A DNA stretch of 62,919 bases, counting the filler, from Craspedostauros australis (taxonomy: Eukaryota): assembly GCA_030167865.1 (NCBI GenBank). It is 9 parts of 9 records of this genome, joined end to end, with 100 filler letters (N's around TTAATTAATTAA, not from the genome) between each part and the next. Parts side by side here need not be neighbours in the genome. Positions count along the whole stretch, not along the records: positions 46,505 to 52,540 come from JALAGF010006430.1; positions 52,641 to 54,009 come from JALAGF010006432.1; positions 54,110 to 58,194 come from JALAGF010006433.1; positions 58,295 to 60,981 come from JALAGF010006434.1; positions 61,082 to 62,919 come from JALAGF010006436.1; 4 more parts are not named here. One strand, written 5' to 3'. A program made the translations under genes and the position numbers. The notes below the pieces were generated by a model, which was given only the letters and a program-made list of their open reading frames with translations, did not search any database and was not told the origin of the DNA. Within the stretch, counting starts at the first letter, position 1. The number at the start of each line of letters is the position of its first letter. Below, piece by piece: positions 49,520-62,773 of the stretch.

Positions 49520-52200
49520 ATGGCAAGACCGACCAACAACCAAGCTTTGACAGCCGTAACCAAGGAACTTGCTGACCTCGATGACAAAGAAATGGAGTTC
49601 ATCAACAAGCAACTCAGAAGGATCAAACGCGCCATCAAGCATCCAGACAAAAACATCATCCAAGCAGTGGCTCTCTCACCAACACACACCTCGATCAACA
49701 TTGAGAACATCCTTCGCATCTTCGCTTTCGCGAAAGAACGGCAAATCGACCAAGCAACCAATTGGGCGGGCATCAACGAGTTCACTACAACAACCGAGTA
49801 TGAGGTACCAACCATCGAGACTCCTGTCGCCAGCAAGGCAACCCAAATGCAATTGGAACTCGCGATGAAGGAAGCTTCCAATCGTGAACTCGCCAAGGCA
49901 ACGAGCCGCGAGGTTGTGGTACACTCACCAAGGCGCCCACTGGAAGTACACCAATCGCCATCAACGCCAACCGGATGGAAGTATGACAAAGTCACCCTGC
50001 TAGAGGTGGAGCCATTCAGCGGACTCAACATCGAATGGTACCAGTGGAAGACCAACTTCCACCGCCAGCTGGTCATGACCAGATACACGGCATACATGAA
50101 GGAGGAGAAACCAGATGACTACTGCAAGGATGTTGACACCCAGTTCTACGCAGTGCTCAACTCGAAAACGTGCAAAGGACACGCTAACTACATGGTCCTC
50201 ACGGAAAGAGACAGCAGTCATGCATCCTTCCAGGCCCTCATCCGCACATACGAATCCACTGAGAACAGGGCCGACATTGTGGAACAGAGGAAGACAAACT
50301 GTCCAAACTTGTCTATGACGGATCTGGACCGTTCATCGCGTTCGTCAATGACTTCTCCATGTCTGTTCAGGCAATAGAAACAACGGAAAGGCAATGAGCG
50401 ACAAGCAGAAGATTGCAAGATTCTTCCGCAACATTCGCGATGAGCGATTCACCAGTATGGTCTCTCACCTCCAAGAGACAGACGAGTCCTTCAATTGGGT
50501 CTGCGAGACTCTCATGAAGCACAACAAGGTCCTCTCCAACGCAGAGATCGACAGATCTCCACGGCGCAATCGACGCGCACACCAGAAGGACAGGCGAACG
50601 GACTGCAAGCAACTGTTTGAAGCTACATCCGGGGATCGCAAGAAACCACCAATGTACCGACTACCAGACATTGTATTCTGTAGCCTTTCCACCCCCGCAC
50701 AAGTGATTGTGGTGGAATCCTCGCGTCACTTCCGCAAGACAGGAGAGCTCATCAGCAAGGGGACGTTCAAGCGCAACAAACCCGCTTGACCTAGACTGAT
50801 AACTAGCTAGAATATCCTAGTCTCCCAATTGAGTCCAGTCATGTATCTACTGTTGCCAGCACTGGATCAAGTCCAGTAACGCCAGTGACTGAGACCAGTC
50901 AGTCGAGTCCAACCATGCGAGACTCAACTCAGTCGTAACTGCAGGGCCAACATATGGAAAACATGCCANNNNNNNNNNNNNNNNNNNNNNNNNNNNNNNN
51001 NNNNNNNNNNNNNNNNNNNNNNNNNNNNNNNNNNNNNNNNNNNNNNNNNNNNNNNNNNNNNNNNNNNNNNNNNNNNNNNNNNNNNNNNNNNNNNNNNNNN
51101 NNNNNNNNNNNNNNNNNNNNNNNNNNNNNCAAAGTAGAGCAGATGGAGGCAAGAAGGAAGGAAGGTAATCATAATCTACAATCATCCCTCAATCGTCTGC
51201 TGGCATAAGGCACCGCTGAGTGCGCGAAGACCCAGGAGCAGCACGCTCAGCGCAAACCCAACAAGCGCACCAGATTTGGCAACAAGACCAATCGAACCAA
51301 GAAGTATGGACCATGTGACAATGGCTCCTGACAACCAATGACAGGCACTTCGCGCCAGCAGTCGGAGGTCGCCATATGCATCAAGGACCAAGACAGTGTG
51401 GACTTGACACAAAAGGGCGCGGAGAGCGGGCCAGGACACACGACCCCGAATACACTACACGAGTCGCGTCCAAGAGGCACCGACCCGCATACAGAGCACA
51501 CAATTCGACGGGCAAGAGTAACGAATAGTAGCCATGGCTATATCATTCTAGACTCAGGCACGGACGGCGACATTTTTCATGAGTCTGGATGGGTGGTAAC
51601 CCAAAATCACCAGCAGCAGTTCCACCCCGAGCGGCAACAGTGGACTCGCAAATCGAGACGTTTCCGATGGTTGACGCAGTGGCAGCGTACGAGCCGCCAG
51701 AAGGCAGAGTGATCCTCATCAAGGCATATTACGTGGCTCTCGACAAGCATCCACGGCAGATGGAGTCGCTGTTCAATACACACCACATGCGCACGTCTGA
51801 CATCAGCATCTACGATCGGCTTCGACAATACAACAGGCAGTAACGGATATAATCTGGCGACATCAGCATCCCGCTGGCCAATCATGACAGCAATACCCTG
51901 CGCATCCCAATTCGTAAACCGACAGATCGCGAGCAAACTCAAACTAAGAATATTACTATATGCAACAGGCACAGACGCCTTTGGCAATCCCACACCAGTG
52001 TTGACTTCAACAAAGTCTTCCAGCATCTCCCACAACAGGCGGTCGAGAAAACGAAAGCAGCATCGACGCAGCTGGCCGATACTCCCATTGAGGCGGAGTC
52101 AAGACTCATCCCAAGGCAGTACCATGCGCAGCGAGCGGGCGCGCTATGGCCACATCAAATCAAGGGAAGAGTGGAAACCGATCCATTCTTCTCCATAGTC
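49520..52200 (+). mobile_element. Degenerate LTR retrotransposon (Copia-like) gag-protease-integrase start
   Basis: Gag-like VEPFSGLNIEWYQWKTNF and QALIRTYE. Aspartic protease motif IILDSGTD (~51541-51564). Integrase-start-like ETDPFFS. Frameshifts and stops. Confidence 0.65.
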
Positions 52201-53326
52201 CCATCCATTTGACACTACATATTAGCTCAAACTAGTATTCCCATTAGTCGTGTTAAGATTTAGTCTAGTTAATCAAATGCCCGACTGCTCAGAATGTTTG
52301 AGCGGGATTGAAGCGTGACTCGATGTCGGTGGGATGGGGTCCCACGGGGTCTCTCCCCACGAATCGTGCTCTACTTATGACGATGTCGTGTGTCCGCTGA
52401 ATTTGGGTTTGGGCGATCATGACATCCCACGCCACTTATGGGCGTGACATGACCTGTCCTGGATGGACAAACGTACCAGACCGTTGAATGAACATCATTC
52501 CCCCAAATCGATCGGAAGAGAGTGAACAACAAACTCTCTCNNNNNNNNNNNNNNNNNNNNNNNNNNNNNNNNNNNNNNNNNNNNTTAATTAATTAANNNN
52601 NNNNNNNNNNNNNNNNNNNNNNNNNNNNNNNNNNNNNNNNTAGCACTACACGTCATGCCGTGTACTATTACGCTGCAACACGGTGATTGATCACTCCCTC
52701 AATCCTCCCAACCACGGATGCTGCGCGTCAGAAACTGGTTGGTCATCACATGCTGGAGACGAAGGCAAAAGGAAGCCCTTCGACAATCATTGCTTCATAA
52801 AAGTCATCGATGCAACATCCCCAGCACTCTGCCAACCGCCATTCGATCTTCCNNNNNNNNNNNNNNNNNNNNNNNNNNNNNNNNNNNNNNNNNNNNNNNN
52901 NNNNNNNNNNNNNNNNNNNNNNNNNNNNNNNNNNNNNNNNNNNNNNNNNNNNNNNNNNNNNNNNNNNNNNNNNNNNNNNNNNNNNNNNNNNNNNNNNNNN
53001 NNNNNNNNNNNNNNNNNNNNNNNNNNNNNNNNNNNNNNNNNNNNNNNNGGCGAAACTTTGCTCGCAACCTCCGCAAGCTCCGCCAATCTGTGGAGAGAAA
53101 TCGAGCGAGAAAGGCCGCTGAAGCTGGTACGTGACTGGGCGCGATCATGTCGCGCAATGTCATTGTGTGAATCCTTGCAGTATCATCAACAGTCACTCAC
53201 CCTTCTCAGTGCGCATGGACACAAAATACTCTCCNNNNNNNNNNNNNNNNNNNNNNNNNNNNNNNNNNNNNNNNNNNNNNNNNNCCGCGAGTAAGTACAG
53301 TTAATCATGGCAAGGAAGGCTTCTGT

Positions 53327-54009
53327 ATCCAAGCAGCACAGCAACGATGGGGCGGAGTGGAATGAGACATTGTATTCTCAGATCAAGGACCTGCGGGCGA
53401 AAATTGAGAGTGGCGCGATTCCAATGACGACGCCCCCGCGAGTCGTTTGGGAAGAGAACGCTGATCTTCACTTCTTGTCTCGGCGAAACTTTGCTCGCAA
53501 CCTCCGCAAGCTCCGCCAATCTGTGGAGAGAAATCGAGCGAGAAAGGCCGCTGAAGCTGGTACGTGACTGGGCGCGATCATGTCGCGCAATGTCATTGTG
53601 TGAATCCTTGCAGTATCATCAACAGTCACTCACCCTTCTCAGTGCGCATGGACACAAAATACTCTCCNAACGTTTCCGATCTNGTTGCGAACGCTGCCGA
53701 ATTCAAACATCAATTCGATGAAACAATCGCTCAAGTTGCAAAGCAGAAGCCCGAAGAAGCAAAGGTGACCATGAACGCCTTCTCTCGTCTGGCGTACCAA
53801 CCCGAACCCGCCAACCAAGTCCCCATGGTGACAGCTGCCCGTCCGTCCGCCCCACCAATCACAGCGCACGTCTCGTCCCCAGCCCCAACCCATCCGCCAC
53901 CGACCGCCAGACCTGCGTACGGCGCAGTGGATCCCTCGTCTGTTCATGTGCCTTTGCCATCCGTGACCTCTCCTGCTGCTGCTCTTCCTGGCACTGTTGG
54001 AGGTGGCAC
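53327..54009 (+). CDS. Partial spliced gene of unknown function (probable exons 53327-53559 and 53643 onward)
   Basis: ATG-initiated ORF MARKAS...NFARNLRKLR, GTACGT donor, CAG acceptor, Pro-rich continuation to the scaffold end. Confidence 0.35.
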
Positions 54010-54109
54010 NNNNNNNNNNNNNNNNNNNNNNNNNNNNNNNNNNNNNNNNNNNNTTAATTAATTAANNNNNNNNNNNNNNNNNNNNNNNNNNNNNNNNNNN
54101 NNNNNNNNN

Positions 54110-55301
54110 CTCACTTTTCCCACTCTGTTTGGCTGTGCGAATGCTCTCCGTCACACCAGTCTCCTCTTGCTTGACCGCCTTGAGAATCCTCTTTTCCTTA
54201 CGATGTAGTCTTGCAGACCGTTCTTCTTCGGTCTCGTCGATCGCGCTTGCGTATGCGCCTGATAGGACAGTAGCCGCAGCTGCTTCCTTCTCTTGTCGTG
54301 GTGGAGTCTCACTCGCACCTTCTTCTCTCTTGATAGTCGGGTTGGACAGAGGGATGTCTCTCAATTCCTCTTCCTCGCTCATTCAGTCTGCTGCTCCTGA
54401 ATGATGTTCGTCTTCCTCGCACGATCCGATCCGCGGGCTTGCCCTGATCTATCGTTTATAAACGTGTTGGCAAGTTCCGCTCACGGTAACCTACGATCGT
54501 GGAGATGATGTTGGTTGATAGTCGTCTGTTTGCTATTTCATTACGTTGACACTCCGATGCTCTCGGTGTACGCCCGTTCTCTTGCCCGATGCTCTCGGCG
54601 CTTCAATCTGTTTCGTAGATTCGGTCTCCGACTATGAGTCGGTACGCGAGATGCTCTCTCGCTCCTCTCTGTATTCTCTCTCTCTCTCTCTCAGCATCGT
54701 GTACTCGTGCTACACGATACTCCGTGTTTGATGCATACTCCGCATTTGACATTCTGTTTGTTCAGTACTGGCTCCTACTCCATGAGTACTTACCATTTGA
54801 AGTTCACCTTCAGTATCCATGATCTTCATGGGTCATTGGATCTTCGCCTCCTGCTCTGACTTGGAGACAGATGTCAACGTGGTGACATGATGACATCCTG
54901 TCGACGTCAGTAGGCGTCCTTNNNNNNNNNNNNNNNNNNNNNNNNNNNNNNNNNNNNNNNNNNNNNNNNNNNNNNNNNNNNNNNNNNNNNNNNNNNNNNN
55001 NNNNNNNNNNNNNNNNNNNNNNNNNNNNNNNNNNNNNNNNNNNNNNNNNNNNNNNNNNNNNNNNNNNNNNNNNNNNNNNNNNNNNNNNNNNNNNNNNNNN
55101 NNNNNNNNNNNNNNNNNNNNNNNNNNNTCCAGAAATCTTGCCCCTTTTCGTGTGTTCCATTTCCGCTGTAATTCTGACGAATCACAGCATACTATTGACA
55201 CGAGTGTAGTTGTACCGTCCAAGTGCGTATGAGAGAATAGCGGGTGAACAATGCACATATACACGTACATCTCGACATATACTCACATGTACATCTCGAC
55301 A
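54110..55301 (-). mobile_element. 5' LTR (55301-54465), leader and gag N-terminus (ATG 54382) of a Copia element
   Basis: LTR reads TGTCGAG...CCAACA on the minus strand and is homologous to 58844-59953 and 62774-62919. It is followed by CGTTTATAAACGAT (putative PBS) and an ORF running to the scaffold end. Confidence 0.75.
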
Positions 55302-57104
55302 TAGGTGGGAGAGGATCTCATGTCACCACCTTCAGTCATGGCCAAGAAGGTGACACAGTTGCAAGGTTGACGCAACTCCGCACAAATCCGCAGCCAACGG
55401 GTTGAAGACCAATAAACGAACCTGTTCGCAAAAGAGGGCAGCGGATGTTGGGGTTCGGATTCTCGGTCGCGGCTTGTAGATCTTTCGTTCTGTGTCAACC
55501 ATCACACCTGCGTTCCGTTTGCTTTGTCTCGCTGGATGTCACCAAAAACTCCACAAGAGCGTGCGATGCTCCGAAGCGCAGAACGCCATCGAACAACTGG
55601 GACGGAAGCATGCCAGACGAAAGACACTGTTTCAGAAAATGACGTGTGGATCATGCTTGTTGTGAGTCACGGAAACTATCGGTTCACGAGTGGGATCCAC
55701 AAAGCACAGATTTCTGTTTCGTCGACTGGGAAGAATGAAATTTGTGCGATTGTGTGAGTCATAGTCGTGGAAACCGCATACGTCGCCTGGGATCGATCGT
55801 GGTTTGCTCGTCAACGAATGCGTTGCCGCGTCGGGCAAAGGCATCGAAGATGACTGCAACACTCGCGCGGGTCGGAACCATTGTTCCAGCAGCCGAGCTT
55901 GAACGGCGAACGTCCATTTACTCACGATTCTACGCATCTTGGCTTCGTCTTGTGATTTCGTTAATCGATGCATCTTATCGTCTTTTTGTCAAAGACGACA
56001 TTCCTGTTGGCGGATACGATCCAAAAGATCCACCCACCTCGCTGGTGCAGTCCTCCATGAGCGCTTCATTGCATGGTCATAGGTATTGAGGCACTTGTGA
56101 TCGAAACAGACAGATCAGCAACTTGGTGGAGACTGCGACAGAACCACGCCTCAATTGGGCGGAGCACGTGGATCGGAACAGACCAGGGAGAGAGAAAAGA
56201 GGAGGACAGGATGAGCCGAGGAGAAAGGGCGGCACAGACGATGTTTGCTTCAAGGTCACCACCACCCAAGTGATCGGCACTCACGCCCACAGCTCGCAAT
56301 GCCAGTATTCACAGATGGGAGGACTTTCGTGGACCTTCACACGAAGACGTTTACACAAGTGACAGGTTTCCTTTCCGATGGAGATTTCCGATTGTGTACA
56401 TGGAAAGAAACTGGACGAAAGGTTGAGGAGTTGCTCTCTTGATGTGCGAGTCATAGTTTGTGCCATACCCTGGCGACGCTGCAGACCATCCACGCAGACG
56501 AGCAGCAGGCGAAACACAAAAGTCGGTGAAGGGGCAAGACATTGGAGAGAAGAGGAGGACCGCCGTGTTATGCTATGCTGTGCTGCACCAAACACAAAAT
56601 CAAGCTCGACACAAACATAACGGCACCCCAACCAGCAACGAGCAGCTGAAGTACCATTGTGTTGGTAGCCGAGCCATCAAGCGAGGAGGCAACGAAGCCG
56701 GCGAACCCAACGAGCAACTCATCAGATAGGCAGAAGTGAACAAGTAGTCGCAAGTGATCGCAGGTCGCAGAACAGCACAACGCAACGTAACACAACACAG
56801 CATAGAACACATATAGAGAAGCTCTGCTTTCGATCGAGAGTGGGACAGCGGAAACAGTGGGAATGAGCGTGTAGCAATCATCTCTAAAGTGCACAAACCA
56901 CGCTACTCGACTCGACTCGACTCTCCCTGCATCCGAAACGGCCCCAGACGACCAATCAGGGAAGCGTGCGTGAGAGTTGAACCGTGGCTCGATCGGACGA
57001 GATCTTGCAAGGCAGCAAGCCAGGTGCTGGTACCCGCAGCTTTCAACCAACAACACAAACAACATCGTCTCCCTTGCAGCAACAAGTTCGGCAACGATTC
57101 GCTA

Positions 57105-58194
57105 TGGATCGCGACATGATGAATGAGCACATCATGAATCAGCACATCCCTGATATCTACGACGATGCAAACAGAAATGTGAATGATAGCTTTGATGACA
57201 CCATAGGTCTATTCGGCAATATGAACGCAGACGGCACCACGCAGACAAACGATAGCCCGAGCTCACCAATGAATGTGAACATGGAAAAGGCTATGCTACG
57301 ACTTAACCCGCATGAAGCGCCGGGACTCTCGTCGACTCCGATCGATGCCATCCTCAATCCATTGCAATTTCCCGCTACATCGCAGCACAAGCTAGGGACG
57401 CAACAGCGGCATGACTGGCAGCAGGATGATGGCTTCGGCATACAAGAAAAGGAGCACACGTTCCATCACAAACCAACTCACCGCAAATCTTGTCAAGCTA
57501 CGGACCGAACACTGCTCGACCAAGCGACGGCCACCACGAGCAAACACGATGCGCAGCACCTTGACGGCTCTGAAAATGAAACGATGGTAGCCGATCTGGT
57601 CGAAGCGGCCCATTCGATGGCGCCGGACTACACGCAGCTGAAGGAGTCGAAGATCGACAAGCTACTGGCTGATGAGATGCACGCCATGTCGATAGTCGAA
57701 CGCGAGAAAGCCTACGAGGACATCCATGGGGTTTCTCCTATGGCAGAGGAAACGGAAGAATTCCTTTCCACCAAGCTTGCAGAAATGGAGCATTGCTTGA
57801 TGCACGACCGTCACGCAACATCTGAATCCCTGCCATCATCTCAGAAGGGCGCGAATGGCAGAGCCGCATTCGATCAGGCCTGCTCCAAAAACTACGCGTA
57901 TGTCAAAAGCATGTACCTGAAATTTCTGCGATGTGAATCGTATCGGCCGCAACAGGCAGCCAAGCGCATCGTACGGCATTTTGCCACCAAACTGGAGCTG
58001 TGGGGCGAAGAGAAGCTCACCAAGGATATCTCCATGCTCGAAGATATGGATGAGGAGACGAGAGAGGTGCTGTGTGGCTGTGCTGGCATGCAGCTCCTCC
58101 CCCAACGCGACTCGTCGGGCCGCGCCGTCGTCTTCTCGTGGGAGAGGTATCACCGACGCTTCTTCCGAACCAAGAAGCCACATATATTCATGGT
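57105..58194 (+). CDS. Diatom-expanded CRAL-TRIO-like (DUF6824-associated) family protein, 3'-partial, start uncertain
   Basis: LLADEMHAMSIVEREKAYEDIHGV...LKFLRCESY....AAKRIVRHF..KLELWG...MQLLPQRDSSGRAV. Confidence 0.75.
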
Positions 58195-58294
58195 NNNNNN
58201 NNNNNNNNNNNNNNNNNNNNNNNNNNNNNNNNNNNNNNTTAATTAATTAANNNNNNNNNNNNNNNNNNNNNNNNNNNNNNNNNNNNNNNNNNNN

Positions 58295-58560
58295 GCTCCA
58301 TCGCCATTGCTTCGCCGCCATTGCTTCACCGCCATCGCTCCATCGCCATTGCTTCGCCGCCATTGCTTCACCGCCATCACTCCATCGCCATTGCTTCGCC
58401 GCCATTGCTTCGCCACCATTGCTTCACCGCCATTGCTCCATCGCCATTGCTTCGCCGCCATTGCTTCGCCGCCATTGCTTCACCGCCATTGCTTCGCCGC
58501 CATTGCTTCGCCGCCATTGCTTTCACTGCCATTGCTTTTGCCATGGTTGCTTTTGCCGCC
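58295..58560. repeat. 15-bp minisatellite (CGCCATTGCTTCRCC and variants) decaying rightwards
   Basis: More than 15 tandem units visible. Confidence 0.9.
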
Positions 58561-58843
58561 GCTGTCGCTGCTTTCGCTGGCGTTGCTTTCACTTTTGTTG
58601 CTATCGCCGCCTTGCTGCCGTCGCTGTTGTTGTGGTCGTGACGACGATGAACGTGGCCACTCCATTTGATGAAGCGGCGAATTGTGTGCGGATGGGACTG
58701 CCCCTCTTTGTCTGCGGGTCGCAAACCGCTGGCGCTGCGTTTGGCCTCAACTCACAGGGAGCAACGGTAATAATGGCAATTACCATAGGTCGAAAAATAG
58801 CTGAAGTGAAACACGTATGCCACAACGACTTGGAGTGACAAGC

Positions 58844-60981
58844 TGTTGGCAAGTTCCAGACCTCGGAAGCCTACGATCGTGGATAGTCATTCTGTTTGAT
58901 ATTTCATTACTTGAGCACTCCGATCCTCTTGATGTCTCTGTTNNNNNNNNNNNNNNNNNNNNNNNNNNNNNNNNNNNNNNNNNNNNNNNNNNGGCGAATT
59001 GTGTGCGGATGGGACTGCCCCTCTTTGTCTGCGGGTCGCAAACCGCTGGCGCTGCGTTTGGCCTCAACTCACAGGGAGCAACGGTAATAATGGCAATTAC
59101 CATAGGTCGAAAAATAGCTGAAGTGAAACANNNNNNNNNNNNNNNNNNNNNNNNNNNNNNNNNNNNNNNNNNNNNGACCTCGGAAGCCTACGATCGTGGA
59201 TAGTCATTCTGTTTGATATTTCATTACTTGAGCACTCCGATCCTCTTGATGTCTCTGTTCTCTTGCCCGATGCTCTTGGCATATCTATCTGTTTCGTAGA
59301 TTGGGTCTCCGACTACGAGTCAGTACACGAGATGCTCTCTCACTGCTATTCGTATTCTCTCTCTCTCTCAATGTTGTGTGTTCATGCTACACGATACTCT
59401 GTGTTCAATGTGTACTCCGCATTCGACACTTCGTTCATTCACTACTGGCTTGCCACTCCATGAGTGCTTGCCACTTGAACTCCTCCTCGTGTATCCACAA
59501 TCTTGATGCCCTTCGGTCATCGGATCTTCACTTTCTGCTTCTGACATGGAGACAGATGTCAATGTGGTGACATGATGACATCCTTTCGACTTCAGCTGAC
59601 GTCTTCCTGTTCCTCCAGATGTCACGTTCCATCGATGATGTCGATGGCTTGATGAGGATGTTGTCATTTGAAGTTTTGTTGGGAAGTACATCGAGGCTCG
59701 CTCGATACCATACGTTTCCATTGATGGATGGACGGACGATATTCTTGATTCTCTCAGAAATCATTGATTGCAANTTTCCTCCAGAAATTCTCCTCATGTT
59801 TCTGTGTTCCATTTCCACTGTGGTTTTGCCAATTTACAGCATATTATCAACACGAATGTAGTTGTACCGTCCATACATGTATAAGAGAATAGCAGGTGAA
59901 CGATGCACATATACACGTACATCTCGACATATACTCACATGTACATCTCGACACCCTTCCTATGTGCATTCGGTCATTCGAATGTTCTTGATGTATCAAG
60001 GTACAACTTTTCGTGTTCACGTTGTAAGTCGGCCTTGATGTTCTTGGTGAATCCGTCGCTTGTGTTCTGCTCGGATTTGACGAAAATGATTTCGATGGNT
60101 TTGTTGATTACCATGTTCCTCACGTAGTGATGGCGCACGTCGATGTGCCGCGATCGTTGGGATGTCGATGGGTTCTTGGCGATGAAGATTGCTCCGATGT
60201 TGTCCAGGCGGACCTTGATCGGTGTCTTCACTGGGACGCCCACACTTTCGAGTAGCTGCATGACAAAGAAGATCTCCTTTGCTGCTTCGGAAAGGTCAAC
60301 GTAGTCTGCTTCGGATGAGCTGAGTGTGACGGCCTTCTGTGCCTTGGATCGCCAAAGGATTGGCACCTTGCACAGGTATAGGATGAACCCTCCTACGCTG
60401 ATTCTCGTGTTCTTGTCTCCTGCATATTCGCTATCGCAGAAGAGCTCCATGTCCCAGCCGTCATCGTCTGGACGTGCTGGATGGATCTTCAATCCATGGT
60501 CCTTTGTATCGATCACATACTTGATGATCCGATACATCTCCTTCATTGTGGCCTTGGTGGGCCCGATCAATACCTTGGAGAGTTCCCTCACAGGGTTCGC
60601 GATATCTGGTCGCGAGTGCTTGATGAGGAAGAGCAGCATACCGACGCCTTGGCGGTATTCGGCATGTTCTTCCGGTCCGACCTTCTGTAGTCTGTTATCT
60701 TCGGATGGTCGTACGATGATTTGACCCGGGGTTCCTGGTGTCCCATAGCGTTGCATCTTCTCAACCTTGGTTCCGAATTCTTCGATGAGATGTCGGATGA
60801 GGTGTGGTTGACGTAATGTTGCTTTGGTCTTGTCATGGTTCAGCTCAATGTTGCAGCTGAGGTAGTCTCCGAGTCCGCGCTCGATTGTCACCTTGATTTT
60901 GCTGCCTTGGATGTCCTTCAGGAATGTCTCCAGTGCCTTGGAGTCTCCGCAACAGAAGCAATCGTCCACGTAGATGGCCAC
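58844..60981 (-). mobile_element. Copia RT/RNase H (60981-59974), PPT and 3' LTR (59953-58844, inflated by a gap duplication)
   Basis: AIYVDD, SRPDIAN, FCDSEYAGD, VTLSSSEADY, DNIGA, RHIDVRHHY, SDGFTK. AGGAAGGG immediately precedes TGTCGAG. Confidence 0.92.
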
Positions 60982-61156
60982 NNNNNNNNNNNNNNNNNNN
61001 NNNNNNNNNNNNNNNNNNNNNNNNNTTAATTAATTAANNNNNNNNNNNNNNNNNNNNNNNNNNNNNNNNNNNNNNNNNNNNACGGAAAAGGTAAGAAAAG
61101 TGGAGATTTCTGATTGGTCGACGGGTGTCGCTATTGTTAGAGATTTAGCGTGCGCT

Positions 61157-62773
61157 AATACACAATAAGCATCACGGTAGACAACGTTCTAAGCATATGT
61201 CAACATACAATGTTGGTATTTTTGCATTCAAAGAAGCGTATCGCTTTGGATATACTCAAATGGGTGTGGTTGTGAAGTTTGAAGTCTTCGATCTGTCATG
61301 AAGGGATTGCTGTCTACAGATGCTGGTATGTCACAATGCTGAACGGTGATCATCGTGTTGTGCAGCGTTCTGAGAACATGTGCCTATGGCATGTCGACCA
61401 TATTCCAATCCAATGCTTTGATGACTCCGAACACACTCCATAGAGCACGGATATGCAGCTTGATGCTGTGAATGCATCAGGAAGGCGTATCGAGATGCGC
61501 TCAGGTGATCCACTCGTCATGACACCGCTCAGTGCCACCTGCCATCACTATCCGTAGAATTGGATCACTTCCAAATGGATACACTATTTCAAACTTCATG
61601 GCTGTAGCTTTTGCAATCTACTTGGAGTGGTGCGGTTGATAGAATCTCTCAAGAAGGCCGGCCAAATCCATGGATAGGCAGAAGACTGTACAGCGCCATG
61701 CCCACCGCACAGGCCCGTCCCACGCAGAAATCCGTGATATCAGCATTCATTGAATTGGGTCCCTCCGTGACAGATCTAGGGCGGCAGCTCTATGCAATGG
61801 CTGACAGAACAGTTGGACCGGGTCAAGAAGTGGTCAATGGGTATGAATACAGAGGGCGTATCATCGTCCCGAGCTCGGGGCTGGGACTGGCACAATCTGA
61901 GGTGCTAAGCTTGTAGTTTCCCGATCTGATCGGCCAGGTGTCGCAGACCAAATCTTGGGCAATCCAGGTTCATGATATCATGGGAGACATACTCACATTC
62001 ACAGAAGCAATGTGATCTGGATTGCTCATGGAGTGCAGTGACGGTTTGGTCACAGCTTGTAGAGGCGCAGATGGCGCAGGCATACACGCCAAGCATGGTG
62101 ACAAAGCAGCCAGGCTGTGGATAACCCACTGCACACTGGCCACCAACAAGGTCATGAAATCGCACCGAGTGGAGCTGGCAGGCATTCACGGGGTCCTCGT
62201 CATGCTAGAGGTGATATGCGAGGCATGCCAAGTCACCCAAGGCAAAGCTGTGCCAGAGTGCAATACCGTGGGTGCTCTCAAGGATCTCGGCCGAGCTTGG
62301 AATTTATCCCCAGGGTCCGCAGATGCAGACCTGCAGAGAGCAGTTCATAATCAAAGTCATGAGCTCCCGATCGAGGTGCAAGGGCGGCACATAAAAGGGC
62401 ACCAAGACAGCAGCAGGGCGTGGGCAGAGCTAGACGACTGGGCCCACCTCAACGTGGAAGCAGATCGACTCGCAGGGGCGGTGCGCGCTTCCCTGTCAGA
62501 GGAGTGCATTTACAGCTGCCATATCTGAGGGGAGCGAGCGTCATTCCACCGCCAATCCAAGCTGACGTCCATAGGATAGGACAACGTATCGGGGAGCAAG
62601 CCACTCGATAGGCGATTGGTATTCTTCAGGCGCGAAAGGTGTTCAGCAGCAGCGACCAGATACAGTGGGAAGTCATTGCAGGGGAGTTACAAGGCCCCAA
62701 CCATTCCAAAAGGATTTTATCATTCAAACTCATTGCAGGAGAGGCGGCGAAAGGAAAATGCATGCAACCGTGG
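61157..62773 (+). mobile_element. Second diverged copy of the foldback-internal region + non-LTR RNase H composite
   Basis: Colinear with 20916-23245 (excluding the assembly duplication), with the same GATCTAGG junction at 61773-61780. RNase H ORF piece 62022-62528 (CSDG, ELAGIHG, HIKGHQD, LNVEADRLA). Confidence 0.8.

Noticed and set aside
53049..59258. Other short direct repeats (53049-53233/53482-53666; 58675-58942/58993-59258; also 47636-47690/47741-47794)
   Set aside because: All abut N gaps with identical sequence. Scaffolding artifacts.
20508..61037. Recurrent palindromic TTAATTAATTAA
   Set aside because: Always embedded in N runs. It is an artificial six-frame-stop scaffold linker, so adjacency across it has no biological meaning.
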